Position numbers and translations under genes: made by a program. Positions 25,661 through 39,721 of a stretch of DNA of 64,000 nt are shown here, piece by piece. Under the pieces are notes generated by a model. That model saw nothing but the letters and a program-made list of their open reading frames with translations, made no database searches and had not been told where the DNA came from. Positions within the stretch are counted from its first letter, which is position 1. Every line of letters starts with the position of its first letter. The DNA comes from Lytechinus pictus (Eukaryota), in assembly GCF_037042905.1 (NCBI RefSeq), contig NC_087251.1:47120001-47184000 (forward strand), read 5' to 3'.

Positions 25661-27955
25661 AATACAATATTTTATTGTCATTTAAATGCCATAAATGATA
25701 GTATGAATACATTTGTCTCAAGAAATTCAAATGATGGCCAGAGAATGTCCAAGGCCAATAAAGGAATTACTGATCTTTAGTTGGTTTAAATTCTTCTGAA
25801 CAAAACTAGGATAAAGGGGATTTATATTAGAGAATGAAGGTCTGAAATCTTGAAAATAGAACAAATCATTAAAATGAAGAAAAATAAAGAAATTTGTATA
25901 TATTTCCAATGATGGCTTAAGTTTGTGAAAAACTATACAAATAAAAGGTTTGCTTTGAACATGTTAATATTTTCAATGATTTTTGTGTTATTGTTGCTAT
26001 CAAAGTTTATAACTTTACATTATTGTGAAGAGTTTTGAGGGTAGAATCAGATACTGTACTGTCAAAGCTGTTTGGCATTTGTGATAATTTGCAATTATTC
26101 TGTTGATGCATGTCTGCTTAAAAAGGTGAGAAAAGAGCGACGATAAATAACAGATGTTGAGATCATCTGAATTATAAGCATTGTTTGCCATGAATAAGAT
26201 ACAATGCTATCAAGTGGAATGACCCAGTCTCGTCTGTTTACTCTGTTCCTGATGTTGTACCATTGTTCATTTTCTTGTCACTCTTGTGTGGTCTAGTTGA
26301 GCGGGAAGAGAAACTCCTTTTGTTGTCAGCATGTGAACTGCACCAACCAACAAAAGAAATACAAAGACAAGTGAATTATCTTTGTGTACCAATTGTATGC
26401 GATTTTGGCTGTTTACCAGGGAAAATCTGTTCTTCTTTTTTTGACTTCCACCTGTCGATTTTATGGGAAGGTTAACTTTTATTCTACTTTTTTCTTTTGT
26501 GCTATTGAAAAAAAGTGTGGTTCATTTAATATTGATCCATAATTCAAAAGCAAAGCATATAGAAAGACAACGCTGTAGAACTAGATTTTAATCTTGCTAA
26601 ATCTTAATGTATATTTCCTGCACAAGGCACCAGCCTGATCCTAATCAAAATGATATTTTTAAATGAATAACAAAAAATATGTACATGCAATGGGACATCT
26701 TTATGTATGTCTATTAAGACAAATTGATTGAACACATTGATGCTAAAATGAAATAAATGCCTGTTATGTTGTTGATTTTTTTATTAGTATTTTTTACACG
26801 TAGTCGACTTTATTCACAAACAACACTTGTAAAGTGTATCAAACAGGAGTTCAGACAAAATTACCACAAAGTAATGATGTATTACAAACATATCATCATA
26901 AAATGAGCCAAAACTATGGATACTTATTTTTCAATTATATATTCATTCATCTCTAGGTAATCTCTTGCTCCAGTATTTTTCATTTTTTTATCAAGATTTC
27001 CTTGAACCCTTCAGACGAATAATGGTCAAAAGAAGTAACACTGCTAAAGAATTCTGCGGTTCAATGCTCCATCCAAATGCTAGTTTTTGAGGGCTCTGAA
27101 CTTCCATCTGTCCTTATCTTTGGCATAAAAATACATATTTGTATGAAACCTTAATAAAGAGAGCAATTGTCCGGGGTATATCTTATTTTGAAGCCACCAC
27201 CAGATGGGTTTAAGTGGTGTTATTAACAAATATTTTCTTTTTAATTTCTATGAAAGTCCATGGACAGTGTATGAATCACCATATTAATCATCAAATTTGT
27301 TTTTTTTATTAATTTTAAGGAGAAAATGCTTTTTATGTCTCTGCTTTTGTCAGGCCGCCACAAGATGGTTTGAGTGGCATTTTTAACAAATATTTTCTTT
27401 CATATTTTTCATCTGCAATTCTGCATGTGTAAATCATAGGAATTTTTTTTGAAGGTGAAAATGCCTTTTGAGTCTCAGATTTGGTCATTACTGTGAGCTG
27501 GTTTTATTGCATACATGTGTCACCTAAGGTTTTAAGGGGATATATTTTTTTTCTTTGTGGACGAGAATAATGAGATTATCCTTTGTATCTAATATTGCAC
27601 CTGACTTCATGTGGCTTCGTTATCAAAAAGGTTTCAAATCCCCTCTAGGCAGTATGGATGTATCAATTTAAAATATAATTTATGAACTTTATTCTTCTAC
27701 ATTCTGTATGAGTTTCATGCACCGTATGTGAAGGCAGATGTTACATTGTACCGACTTGATAACTTCAGATTGTGTTATTTGTGTATGATTTATCCTGTCA
27801 TAGAGAAGTATGTTTCATGTCCAAATAATTCTGATTCCAAAGAATTTACCTTTCTAAGACAATATAGCCCATAGCCTTTGATATGAATGACTATTATTAA
27901 TTATAATTTATTATAATGAAAAGGTCATTCGAAATAAATATAGACAATTCAGATC

Positions 27956-28164
27956 ACTGGCGGATTAATGGGGGGGGGGGGGGCACAGACGACCCATGCC
28001 CCCCCCCTTTTGAGAGGCACAATCAAAATTTGTAATGTAAAATTGCCATTAAAACAGAAGTGTGCCCCCCCCCCCATTTGAAAGCGAAGACCTTTTTTTT
28101 TGCTTGTCAAATTTTTCCTTGGGAAAATGTGCCCCCCTTTCGAAAAATTCTGGATCTGCCCCTG
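27956..28164. mobile_element. Short interspersed repeat with poly-G/poly-C tracts and CAGKGGCRGAT-type ends
   Basis: CACTGGCGGATT ... GGATCTGCCCCTG imperfect inverted ends around G/C homopolymers. Confidence 0.55.
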
Positions 28165-28278
28165 ATTCAAATGAGAGTCAACGTCATTTTGCTGAGTTGA
28201 TATGATATTAATATTATTGAAAGTTAGATTTTTCTTCTTTAATCAGTACCAAGTAATGAGATATTCCACAAAAATTAT

Positions 28279-29357
28279 AAGGTCAAGTCCACCCAGGAAA
28301 AGTTGAATTTGATAACTACAGTGCGTCCCACAAAAAACGAAACCGAGATTTATCGATGATTTATCATAACTTAATCACAAATACAATAGACAAATGACCT
28401 ACCATTTTAAAGCTTAGAATCTCCTCTTTCATCTGGTATTACTCAGATAATTCCTCATTCACGCATGAGTGAGCAAAAACAATTTGAAGAAAGGATACCA
28501 AAAACTAATTTGGCGGGCCGTATCTGGGTTTTAAAAAGAAAACCACATGACTAAAAAGTTCAATATCTGCTCTTTAATTTGATACCTCAATTACAGAAAA
28601 TGGTCAAGAAATAACAAAGTTCTGGTTATTTGAAATAAGGCTTGAATTTCAATAATTTCATAAAATGAAGAGGTTTTACAGGCTAGCGTTCAAACTCTCT
28701 CGACATTCCGTTTTGTTGACGATCAGCCATGCATTAAGTCTTTTGTTACCGTGCGATAGCTTCTGTGGGAAGCCAGTGAAAACACGTTTATTTAATGAAA
28801 TTATGGAAATACAAGCATTGTTTCGAGGGATCATAGCTTTTTTACTTCTTGACCATTTTCTGTGATTTTATCAAAATTGGATCCATGTAAAATAAGAAAG
28901 TTATGACATTCTAAAGTTTACTTTTCACAAAACAGTGATATGCACAACTCAGTGACATGCAATCAATGATGTCCTTCACTCACTAATTCTTTTTGTTTTT
29001 ATTGTTTGAATTATGCGATATTTCATTTTTTACAGATATGACAATAAGGAACAACTTGACTGAATCATATAGTCATAAGCAATGCTAATTCCATATGCCC
29101 AAGGAAGAATTAATCGTTGTTTCACTTGACAATGATGAGAAAATTGCAATATTTCATATAATGAAAGACAAAAGAAATAGTGAGTGGATGACACCATCAG
29201 TCCCCTCATTTGCACACCGACCAGGATGTGCATATAACTGTTTTGTGAAATTAAGCGAGTGATTGTCCGATTTTGATGAAATTTTCAATGTTATGCTTGT
29301 TGGATTTTCCTCTTTCTATTCAAATAAACTTTTTGTTAGGGTGGACCTGTCCTTTAA
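28279..29357. mobile_element. Kolobok-like MITE family A interrupted by a Tc1/mariner-like fragment (28319-~28863)
   Basis: AAGGTCAAGTCCACCC start and GGGTGGACCTGTCCTTTAA end. The insert begins TA-CAGTGCGTCCCACAAAAAACG and lacks a right terminus. Confidence 0.75.
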
Positions 29358-31653
29358 CAAAATACTTCTTATTATGTCTATGAACCATACTTTGATTCTC
29401 CTCTCATGGCCTATTCTGATGCAATTTTTAGAGGAAAAATATCTTGGGGCTTGGGCTTTTTCACCCTAAGAATACTCAAAAGAGCCCCCCAAAATCCTCA
29501 TTCACTAAAGTGTGAAAGCTTATGAATGCAATGTTGGAGATGTAAGCAGATTTTGAAAAGTACCCCCTGAAAATGAAAAAGTTACGTTTTCCTTGGCATT
29601 TTTACAGGGCTTTTGAAAATTCCTTGGCCCCTCGGCCCATGGCCAGTTCTCAATGTCATTTTCACCAGTGTAAAACAATACTTGACATAATAGATGTTCA
29701 TGAGTAATTGAGGATGCCTGACTAGTTGGAAGTCGATTAATCGTGAGACCTGACAGCTTTGAGAAAATGGCCCCATGTCATTTGGCATTGAACCAGATGG
29801 ATGGGAAGGACAATGGTCAAATTACAAGTATAATTTCCTCCCAAGTGTTCTATAGAATTCAATAATGTAGTGAGGTACCTAATATGCAGGTAGATTTTCT
29901 TTCATATTTTCTTTATTTTTATTTTCATTTATTCAAAAACATTTTTTTTAAACTTATCATCTGAAATTTCATTAATTTTATCATTTGTGATTTATTTGAT
30001 TTTCATTTATTTACTTATTTATTTGTTTGTTTATTTTTCATTTATTCATATTGTTTGGGGGTTGGTTGGAGGTGCGTGTCCACTATCCGAAAAAATTTAA
30101 GGGTAGGTGCCCCGGAATAGGATCCCAAAACCATTCATTCACTTTAATGATCATTGACAAGATTTTAATTTTTTTCAATTTATTAATTAATTAATTAATT
30201 AATTTTTTTTTGGGGAAGGGGTTGGGATGGGGGCGTTGGGTGGGGGGGGGGGGGGCAGAAGTCCTTCCAATTCCCCCATAAGTACGCCAGTGGTCATACT
30301 ATTGGTTGTCATCACTAACAAACATGCCCAGATGTTAAAGGTTAGATTGCTTTCGTTTCCTTTGCCACCGGAGGGTTTGTTCTGAATGGATGTGAATTTT
30401 AACAGATGTCCAGAGTTATGGCAAGAGATGATGTCAAAATATGGCCATCTATTCCACAAAAAACATGTTTCATGTAAATAATTACAATTTTTAATTTATT
30501 TTCAAAAGTCTGATAAGGTAAATTATTAACCAAGAAGGTGAAACAAGAAAAAAAAGTAATAGGTAAAAGGAGAACAATATTAATTCTTCAGTCATATTAT
30601 GTCTTTCCTCTCATCACTTAATGAGTACACATGAGAAAATGAAGAAAAAATTTGTGATATTAGTTTGGAATATTTTTGAATGAAAATTATTAATGAAGTT
30701 TTAGCTTCGGCCTAATGATTTTTGTTTTGGGGTACTCTCGTTATCAACATCACTACATGAGCTTGAATCTAGGTGCAACAGTTTCATTAACATCCATGAG
30801 ATCCCTATCGAGATAGGAAATCCAGGTTGTTAATGCAAATGTCTACCAAAGTATGCAAGAGATTTTAGGAAACTGATAATGACCAGCAAATCAAATCACA
30901 TGATGATTATCATCGATGTCATCCAAACAATTAACATCTCGTGCAAAACAAAATTTCAACATTGCATTTCATCAACTCTAAAATTATATTCAATTTTAGA
31001 TGTAATTGGGGATTTTGTATTTTATACCAATTTGAAGCTGGTTTCATAATACCATTCAGCCTTACAGAAGGGAAATGGCATATTTCTACTTTAATCCTGT
31101 TATTTGCATTTTTCAAATCAATTTAATGATGTTTGACAGCTTGAATTAATTTTACACACCATTGGAATGATTATGATTACTGATGGGCTGTTACACTTCC
31201 ACTGGTTTATGGACAGTCCTTGGATCATTTGTTATCGTTGTTTGTTTGGAATGTGAAAAATTAACCGGCCTTGTCAATCCTAAATCTGAAGACGGAATTA
31301 TTATAGCCCTTTGAATTATGTATATTGTCTTGATGACCTTATCCTGTCATGTCTATTGGTGATACAAGAGTATAACTATAGTATATAGGCGTATATATTA
31401 AAATGCCTGTTCCCAGCCCCAACCCCTCCCCGTTGGATATATGTTTTTCAGGGATTGTTGAATTTGTCATTTCATTATTTATTATCATTATTATTATTAT
31501 CATCATCATAATTATCTAAAAGCGGAATGTACCATAGGGGGAATATAATATTTACATGTAATTGAAGGACCGAGGGGAAACCAACAGCGGCAACAGGTTT
31601 ATTCTATCAGCAATAGAGCAGGAGACATTAGGGGGGAGCAGCACAGGTCTATG

Positions 31654-32814
31654 TTAAAGGGGAATCCAACCCAAATAAAAACTTGTTTTTATAAGAAAAA
31701 GAAAAATCAAACAAGTTGATAGGTGAAAGTTTGAACAATATTGGACAAACAACAAGAAAATTATGAATTTTTAAAAGTTGTAAATATTGGTAATCACTAT
31801 ACCCATGGAGACTTCAAATTGGCCGCATATGGGATGTCATATACCCTTTTTACACAGGATTTTCTTAACCCCGGACTATCGCTAACCCCGTACTATCCTT
31901 AACCCCGTACTATTTTTTTTCCTTTTTACACATGCCAAATTGTTATTGCTAACCCCGGATAAGGAATGCTTGCTTTTTACACACGAAACTCGCTAACCCC
32001 GGACTAGTGGTTTTTGTCGATCATTCGTAGTACAAGTACTTCACTCGTACCATTTTACACACGCTACAATTTCCTTAACCCCGTACTATATAGGTGGGGC
32101 CAAATTGCCATTTAGCCCCACCTATAGTACGGGGTTAAGCTTAGCCCACTTTCGTTTTACACTAGCGATCTTAACCCCGTACTATCGCTCTTAGCACCGC
32201 AATTGCTGGGATAACCCTGCTTTTTTGCAGGGCCAAATAATCCCGTACTAAAGGTGGGGTTAGCCCACTTTGCAAAAATGCTGTGTAAAAAGAAAGTGGG
32301 CTAAGCTTAACCCCGTACTATAGGTGGGGCTAAATTGCCATTTAGCCCCACCTATAGTACGGGGTTAAGGAAATTTTAGCGTGTGTAAAAAGGGTAATAG
32401 TGATGTAAGGCAAGGACTACTCTTCCATGTACTCCAATATATATTATGGCTAAAATGTCATTTTTCCCAAAAGTTTTATTTCAATTTATATTTTTCTTTC
32501 ATGAGGACATAAAACAATATACTACCTGGATTATATTTAGATTACTGCCCCAGGGGAATGGGTACTTAGGAGAAAACCACAAATCCCTGATAATAAAGTA
32601 CATGGCCTATGGGAAAGTTGTCCTTGCCCCTTGTCATAATTTACTTACCCAGTTGCCAATTTGAAATCTACAGACTATTAGTGATCTCAATTTTAAAGCA
32701 GCTATAACTTTCTTATTGCTTGTCCGATTTCTTTCAAACTTTCGCCATTCTGTTTGATTTATTTTTCTCCTTCCCAACACAACATTTTATGGCCAAGGCT
32801 GGATTCCCCTTTAA
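31654..32814. mobile_element. Kolobok-like MITE family C, interrupted by a Harbinger-like MITE
   Basis: TTAA-AGGGGAATCCA ... TGGATTCCCCT-TTAA. An uninterrupted reverse copy lies at 47718-48303. Confidence 0.88.
31842..32396. mobile_element. PIF/Harbinger-like MITE with internal CTTAACCCCGKACTAT repeats
   Basis: TIR TACCCTTTTTACAC / GTGTAAAAAGGGTA. 3-bp TSD ATA (31839-31841, 32397-32399), confirmed by the empty site GTCATAGTG in the paralogous host copy. Confidence 0.88.
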
Positions 32815-32844
32815 TTGAATTTTGAACAATGAGAGAAAACAAAA

Positions 32845-33285
32845 GAATGCCAAAAATTAGGTGCAAATATTTTGCATTGAAACTGCTTTCTCAATTTTCA
32901 ACCAATTCTTTTGAAATTTGGACCACACATTGGTCTTGGGGTAAAGATGTGCCAGACGCATTTTTTGTATTTGTTGAAAATTGTGTTGCCATGGTAACGG
33001 CATAAAATGCCAAAAATTAGGTGCAAATCTTGCGCATCGAACTACTTTCTTAATTTTTAACCAACTCTCTTGAAATTTGGACCACACAATGGTCTTGAGG
33101 TAAAGATGTGCAAGACACATTTCTTGTATTTGTTGAAAATTGCATTGCCATGGTAACAGCATAAAATGCCGAAAAAAATTAGGTGCAAATCTTTCGCATC
33201 GAAACTACTTTCTCAATTTTTAACAAATTCTCTTGAAATTTGAACCACACATTGGTCTAGGTGTAAAGATGTGCAAGACACATAT
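32845..33285. repeat. ~155-bp tandem repeat, 3 copies (related degenerate array at ~52850-53690)
   Basis: ATGCCAAAAATTAGGTGCAAAT..GAAATTTGGACCACACATTGGTCT..AAGATGTGC recurs three times. Confidence 0.8.
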
Positions 33286-36200
33286 TTTCTCAATAAAGCT
33301 GTTCTAATGCGACAACGGGGGTATTGATCATCTCCAGGCTCCAGTGATAATTAATTCTAGTTATTATTATCATTTTTTTATTTTATTCTATGTAGTATAA
33401 TAATTTTCATTATTGATTTATGCTTTTTTTTTTTTGGGGGGGGGGAGGGGATTTTGGTGAGAGGATTTTTAGAGCATGAATTTTGTGAGGTTGATGTAAA
33501 TTGATTTCATAAACGTCATTGACAACCACAGCAGACAAGGACTTTTCAAACCAGCAGTTCACAAGGGAAAATAGTGAAAAGAGAATAAGGCAAGAGAGGA
33601 GCACGTGCCCTTGCCACAAGATGAAGTTCAACAAAGCAGCGCGGAGCCCACACTAGGAAAAACAGAATCCTGGTTTTCACCCCTCGGGCCGCTCCGGATG
33701 ACTCACGGTGACTCCGCTTGAACCAATCTCCACGTTTTTCTCTCCTTTTTTTTGTGTGCCCCCTCGGTGGGGGAAAAAGCGGAGGAAATGAGTTGTATAA
33801 CTGTGAAACACATCATCTCTTTTGTGGGGTCAATATTTTGACAGGCATTTTTGTGTGTGGGTATTAGATGGAATGCCTGAAGATAGCCCATGGGGAAAGC
33901 GATGTGATGATCTAGTTGAAGGTATCTCGAAAGGGCACACCACTCTTGAAAATGATTCAGAAATGATGAACTTGTCTAACCAACCATGCCCTAATCTTAT
34001 GAAGGAGATAGGAATCACTCGGGAGATGAGTAAGAAAAAGGGAGTTCTCTTGTAAGACTAAATTATAAAAAAAACAAAATCAATTGAGCAAATGGATCAA
34101 TAGTTGAAGGGCTTGGCAGGAAATACAATGTAAACTAAAGAATTTGAGCATAAATTTCATTTCATTTAGATAAAACTGCTATATTTTTTTGTGACGTAGA
34201 ATGTTGAATCACCCCAGGTAATATCTCCCAACATAACTCGTGTTTACAATGTAAAAAATCAAATATAGTCTTAGTTCGAGAATGCTGCAAGAAATAAATT
34301 TCATTGGCTCATACAAAGAAGAGGGTCTGGCTATGAAAACATTGTAATTAGATACTAAAAAAAAACATGTTAGGCAAAGTTACGTGTACAATGATGAATC
34401 TCGAGCCATGAGGTACATGTACACTGTATACGATGTAGGAAATAAAATATATTAATACTTCATAGGATTGTGTGAAATCCTGAAATGCCTATTGTGGTGA
34501 TAATTCTGGTTCGAAAGTTCTGAAAGGATTCATCACCTTTTCTGAGGATGATTCAGGACTCGTGCATTTGCATCCATGGCTAACCATGCCCAACAATGTA
34601 ATGCAAAGGAGAACAGTTGGAAAACCTTTTGGGATGAGTAAGAAAGCGAACTATGATAGATAGACCAGGGAATTCCCTGGATAGACCTTACGTTATCTTA
34701 ATATCTGTGAACTGTTGATTATCAAGCAGTTCGTCTCGCGATGACATGAGTTAAGTACCCACCAGAGCACTTATTAACAACACGATGGGACATAATTCAT
34801 TGCATTGCTCAAGATAGTACGATATGGACACAGTGTCCAGCGCTGCCAAGTAGTACTGAGTCTGCTTTTCAGTAATCAATATGAAAAATGAGAATAATAC
34901 TGATGGTTTCGTGCAAAATAATTTCTTAAGTTTCATTTTTATGTGTTCTTCTATGGTGTTACTTTGGAAATACTGATTCCTCACCAAAATACTGATTCGT
35001 CACCAAAATACAGATTTCCTCACCAAAATACTGATTTTCAGCTTTTAAAAATTATTGGAATGTTCTTGTTAAGTTCGGCAGCTCTCTATATTAATTTTTT
35101 GTGCATTAAATTTTAATACCTTGTCCTGTGAACATTCATGTACAGTACTTCCGACCCACGACCCACAGCCCACATCCCTCATTTTAATATAAAATAACTA
35201 GTACAGTACCTATATCACCCATAGGCGAGTGCAGGCCTTGTGCATCATCATATCCTGTATGTTAGGTATGATGTACGATGTAAACACCTCACAGCGTAAT
35301 AACAAACACGGTACAGCCGGGTTATTATTAGATTAAATACTGTAGGCAATAAATTTTTAATAACATGTTTACTGAGATACAAACTCATTAGAAGTACCAC
35401 CAGGGTTTCGTCAAAGTTCATCATAATCACAATTACACAACACTTTCAAATTTTTATACAACACTCTTTACTACATGTATATGATATTTACAGTAGTTTA
35501 AACAGGGAAGTGGAACCTACCACTTCCCTGTTTAAAGAAGAGCTTAAAATTTCTAACAATAATGTGTAATTCTTAATAATCAATTCTCAGTAAATAAAGC
35601 ATGGGCCCTATTGCAGAAAAGTTACTATTATATTAACTTTGCTATCCAATGGTATCCTTCATGGAATCCTTGATTCTGATCGGCTTGCTTACCATTGTTA
35701 CTATGGTAATTACCACTGGATGGCAAAGTTACTATATTAACTTTTATGCAACGGATCATGGTTGTTTAAACTGTTAAACAACTACTGTAAGGTTCCTACA
35801 GGAAACAAGGTTCAAATTTTAAACAGCATTTTTACTGTCTTTCTTGCATCTGTAGGTACCCACATGTACTGTACATGTAAACAAATATTATTTCACACAA
35901 AATTGTTCACTGTAAAATATAGAAAATCTCTATTTCATCTAAAATAGGTGACTGAAAGTCTACTTTAGATTACATGTACAATGACAAAACATATGCTATT
36001 TTGACTGAATAACAGTTTCTAAAGGTTCCTTTGTTTTGAATCTTGCCAAAATGGCAAGTTGTTTCGAACAAGACTGGTGAAAGTTTTGATTAAATCTGAC
36101 CCCTTCACTAAAATTTGACTGAATAAAAAATGTCATTATGACTATAAGGTGCCTGTTTTACACAAAGACGTGTATACTTTACACAACGACGTGAATGGTA

Positions 36201-37740
36201 AATCTACCATGAATCTCCATGTGTGTACCATGGAAATCTTGATTGTGATTGGCTGTTGAGCCAAGTTATGGTAGTTGGCATAATGGCAAAGTAACAAATA
36301 ATATTATTTGTGAAATCAACATGTAGGCTATTTTTTCTGCACAACAAGCACTTTCTAATAGGTAAGCTTCTCTTGAATTTTACCTAAATGAAATAGCAAA
36401 TTGTTCTGAATAAAAGATGAAAAATCAGAGAAGCAGACTAGTGAAAGTTTGGATAAAATCTGACCCACCCCTAAAAAGGTTAACGTCATTCTGATGTAGG
36501 GAACACTGTTCCACATTCGATCCAATACATAAGAGACTGAAATGTCACATACATTGAGTGATTTCAAGTCCGGTGTTGGCCTTGGTGTTGGTGTTAGTGT
36601 TGAAATTTGGATTGCTTCCCCTAGCTCCAAAACTAATTCAGATTTTGTAAAACTGATCCAGATCACATGATTGACATCTCAACAACTAGTGAATGACTTT
36701 TCGGGACCATCTTCATGTTATTTTTGGTGTTGTAATCGTGTAAAAATTGACCTAACACCAACACCAAAAGGTCAACACTGAACTACAAATCACCCATTGT
36801 ATTTCAAAATGTCTTTAAACCTGTCACAAATCTTTGTTCTTTTTAACCTGTAAATAATAATGGTTGATAATGATCAATATCTATTTTTTTAAATATAAAT
36901 AGTCAAAAAGAGATGTATACTTGTTGGAGAAATAAGGAAATTCAAACTGATGATAAATAAAGTACACGCACCAGAATAATTAAGTGAACTACAGTACATT
37001 GTAGGAAAGATTTCCCTTAAATTTGAACATCTGCCAACATTCCAACTACTTGTACCATCAACATTGCTAATTGGTTGAAAATACTATTCATGTAATAGTT
37101 GTCAGATTTTTTGTTTATATCGTCGTAATACATGTACACGTGACAGGCATCATTTAGTATAATTGATAGCTTAGTACCAGCACTTTCCAGTAAAATATTG
37201 CACCCTACCCTATGTTCATGTAGGTCGATAGATTACTATACTGTACAGCATAGGGGTGGGATGCAATAGTATTATGCAAATTTTTGCCTTAATTTAATGA
37301 ACTTTCAGAAATCAGCCAGTCTGAATGCTAATTAGTTTCAAGTGAATTCTCATCTCCCTTATTTACCTTACATGTTTTGTGATTTGGTCTACTGGTAGAA
37401 AAGTATCTGCTTGTGTCAATGCACATAACATTTTTTTTCCTGAACTATAATTGAGATGTAACTAATGACAATAAAACTATTAAAAGTATACATATTTTTT
37501 AGACAAGGGGTTGGTTTTGCAAAATCTGGTCATGAATAGTAAATGGAGAATCCTCCAGGGTAAGAGCAAGAGTGAAATTGAAAAATAAATTGAACACCTA
37601 CACCTGTATAGCATACAGTCACTCAATAAAGAATGTAATATATCAGCAGAGCAATTCAAGCTTGCTTGATTATCTTTTTATCATAGTGAAAGTGAATAGG
37701 AGTATCCATTATATAGCCTCGTTATAGCGCCATAACCTAA

Positions 37741-37969
37741 GTGCCTGTCATAAATTGATTTTTGAGGGCTATAAGGTCATAAGTCGATGCAGTCCCACAG
37801 AGAGCAAAAGCCCTTTTAGCTCTCAACGGACTACAGTGTCTCATCATACCTTACCCTTTGTGCCTGTCATAAATTGATTTTTGAGGGCTATAAGGTCATT
37901 AGTCTTCATGTATGTAGTCCCACAGAGACTGAAGGCCCTTTTTGCTCTCAACGGACTACGGTGTCTCAT
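37741..37969. repeat. ~119-bp tandem duplication downstream of BTBD6 (probable 3'UTR region)
   Basis: GTGCCTGTCATAAATTGATTTTTGAGGGCTATAAGGTCAT at 37741 and 37860. Confidence 0.85.
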
Positions 37970-39721
37970 CAATCTGGTCAGGTGATCAGTTTCACCTCGT
38001 AATGTACAATGCATACATTGCCCTCCGTCATTGCGAAACCAACCGGCATTATATATTTGGTATCGGGGTAATGACTAACACATGTGTACTGAATCCTATT
38101 AGGAGCCCATGTAATAATTGTATCAGGAAATTACAAGTATAATTCGATTTTGTGATATCCAAAGGTCAGTGTAATTGAGGATATGTAGGTTTGGAATTTT
38201 AGACATTTGACAGATTAACCTCCTTTATGGAACAAGTCATAAAATTCCAAAAAATGACCCGCAAGTTCTTGTTTACATGTTGGACAATGGATATATCAAA
38301 CTATCGTAAATTATAACTCTTTCTGATTCATTTGTTTGGAAGTGAAAATACCTTTATCAATCATTGTAACAGATAACATCACAGCATCATTAGCCTATTT
38401 CGTGTTCCAAATTCTATGTTTCCCACAATGTTTGTATCATAGAGCTGGGTATGAGGAACTCAGTGAATTAATTAATTCCAAAACTATCAATTGCAATAAT
38501 GGGGCAGAATTTGAAAGAGTAGAGTTTTAGAAAAGATGCACTATTATTGACAATTTTTTGTATGCACTCCAGCCAAACCAAATTCTATATTTGTGCACAA
38601 AAATCATCAAAATGTTGTGAATTTAGTGTCTGAAATGTATAAATCATTTCAATCTTTAAGTAAATTAACTAAGAATTATAAATGTAGTCATAAAATATAA
38701 ATGGAAATAAGGTATATAAATTTTGGTATGAATGTAGCAAATCCATTTCATTGACATGGAAATGTGTATATGACTGGAAGAAAGTATTTCGAGTTTCTCA
38801 ACTACAATTCTAGTGTAGTATTGCCTTTCCATTTTAAATGAGAAACACTTATTTCCTCTTTCCTGAGATCTTTTATTCAATTCTTGAAATAATTTCAGTC
38901 ACATTATAAGTGAAGATGGTCACTGCATTTATGCTTCCAGTCCAGTATATATTAGAAATTTGGAAAATTCTTATTTTTCCTTTATTTCATCATGTATATA
39001 GTTACCTCTGTACCCATTAGCAAATATTACTTATTCTAATAATCCCTTGTTATAACTCACAATGTGTATATTAGATTGGGATTAAAGGAAAGTATCGTTG
39101 CTGATACAGATAAATTACAATATATGCATGCCTGCATGGACATCTACATGTACTTTCTACATGTATCTGAAACTGTGCCCATTTTTATTTGGGGCCGGAC
39201 TGGGTCTACAGAAAATGTTCATTATGAGATATGGTAGCATTGTCAGCTGGTCTTCAACTTCTTAACTATATTTTCAAATTATGAGGCTAGCCTTATTTGG
39301 ATTTTCACAAAGTGATGGATTTCACAACTTAAAATGTATTTTGACTTTTTATTGTTATGGTAGAATAATAAATATTGACATATCCAATAGAACTGAATGG
39401 AGAAATGACAACACTGTAATTTCGTGAAAACTAACCCAATGAATTGCTCTGACTGATTTTCACTTAGTGACAGAGGCAATTAATTGAAATTCATTTATTC
39501 AAGAATTATACTTTCTACTTCTGGTATCTGTGCAATTGAATGAATCACATGTAATGTTGTTATTTCAGATAAAAATCTGTAGGGAGATAATTAGCAATCC
39601 AATGATTGAAATTAATTTGTTACAAATTCATCCATTCAAAATTAAATCATTAATCATTTGAACTAAATGTAGGTGATGGAGAGATACTGTAGCTGCATAG
39701 TGTAATATGAAGGTCCATTCC

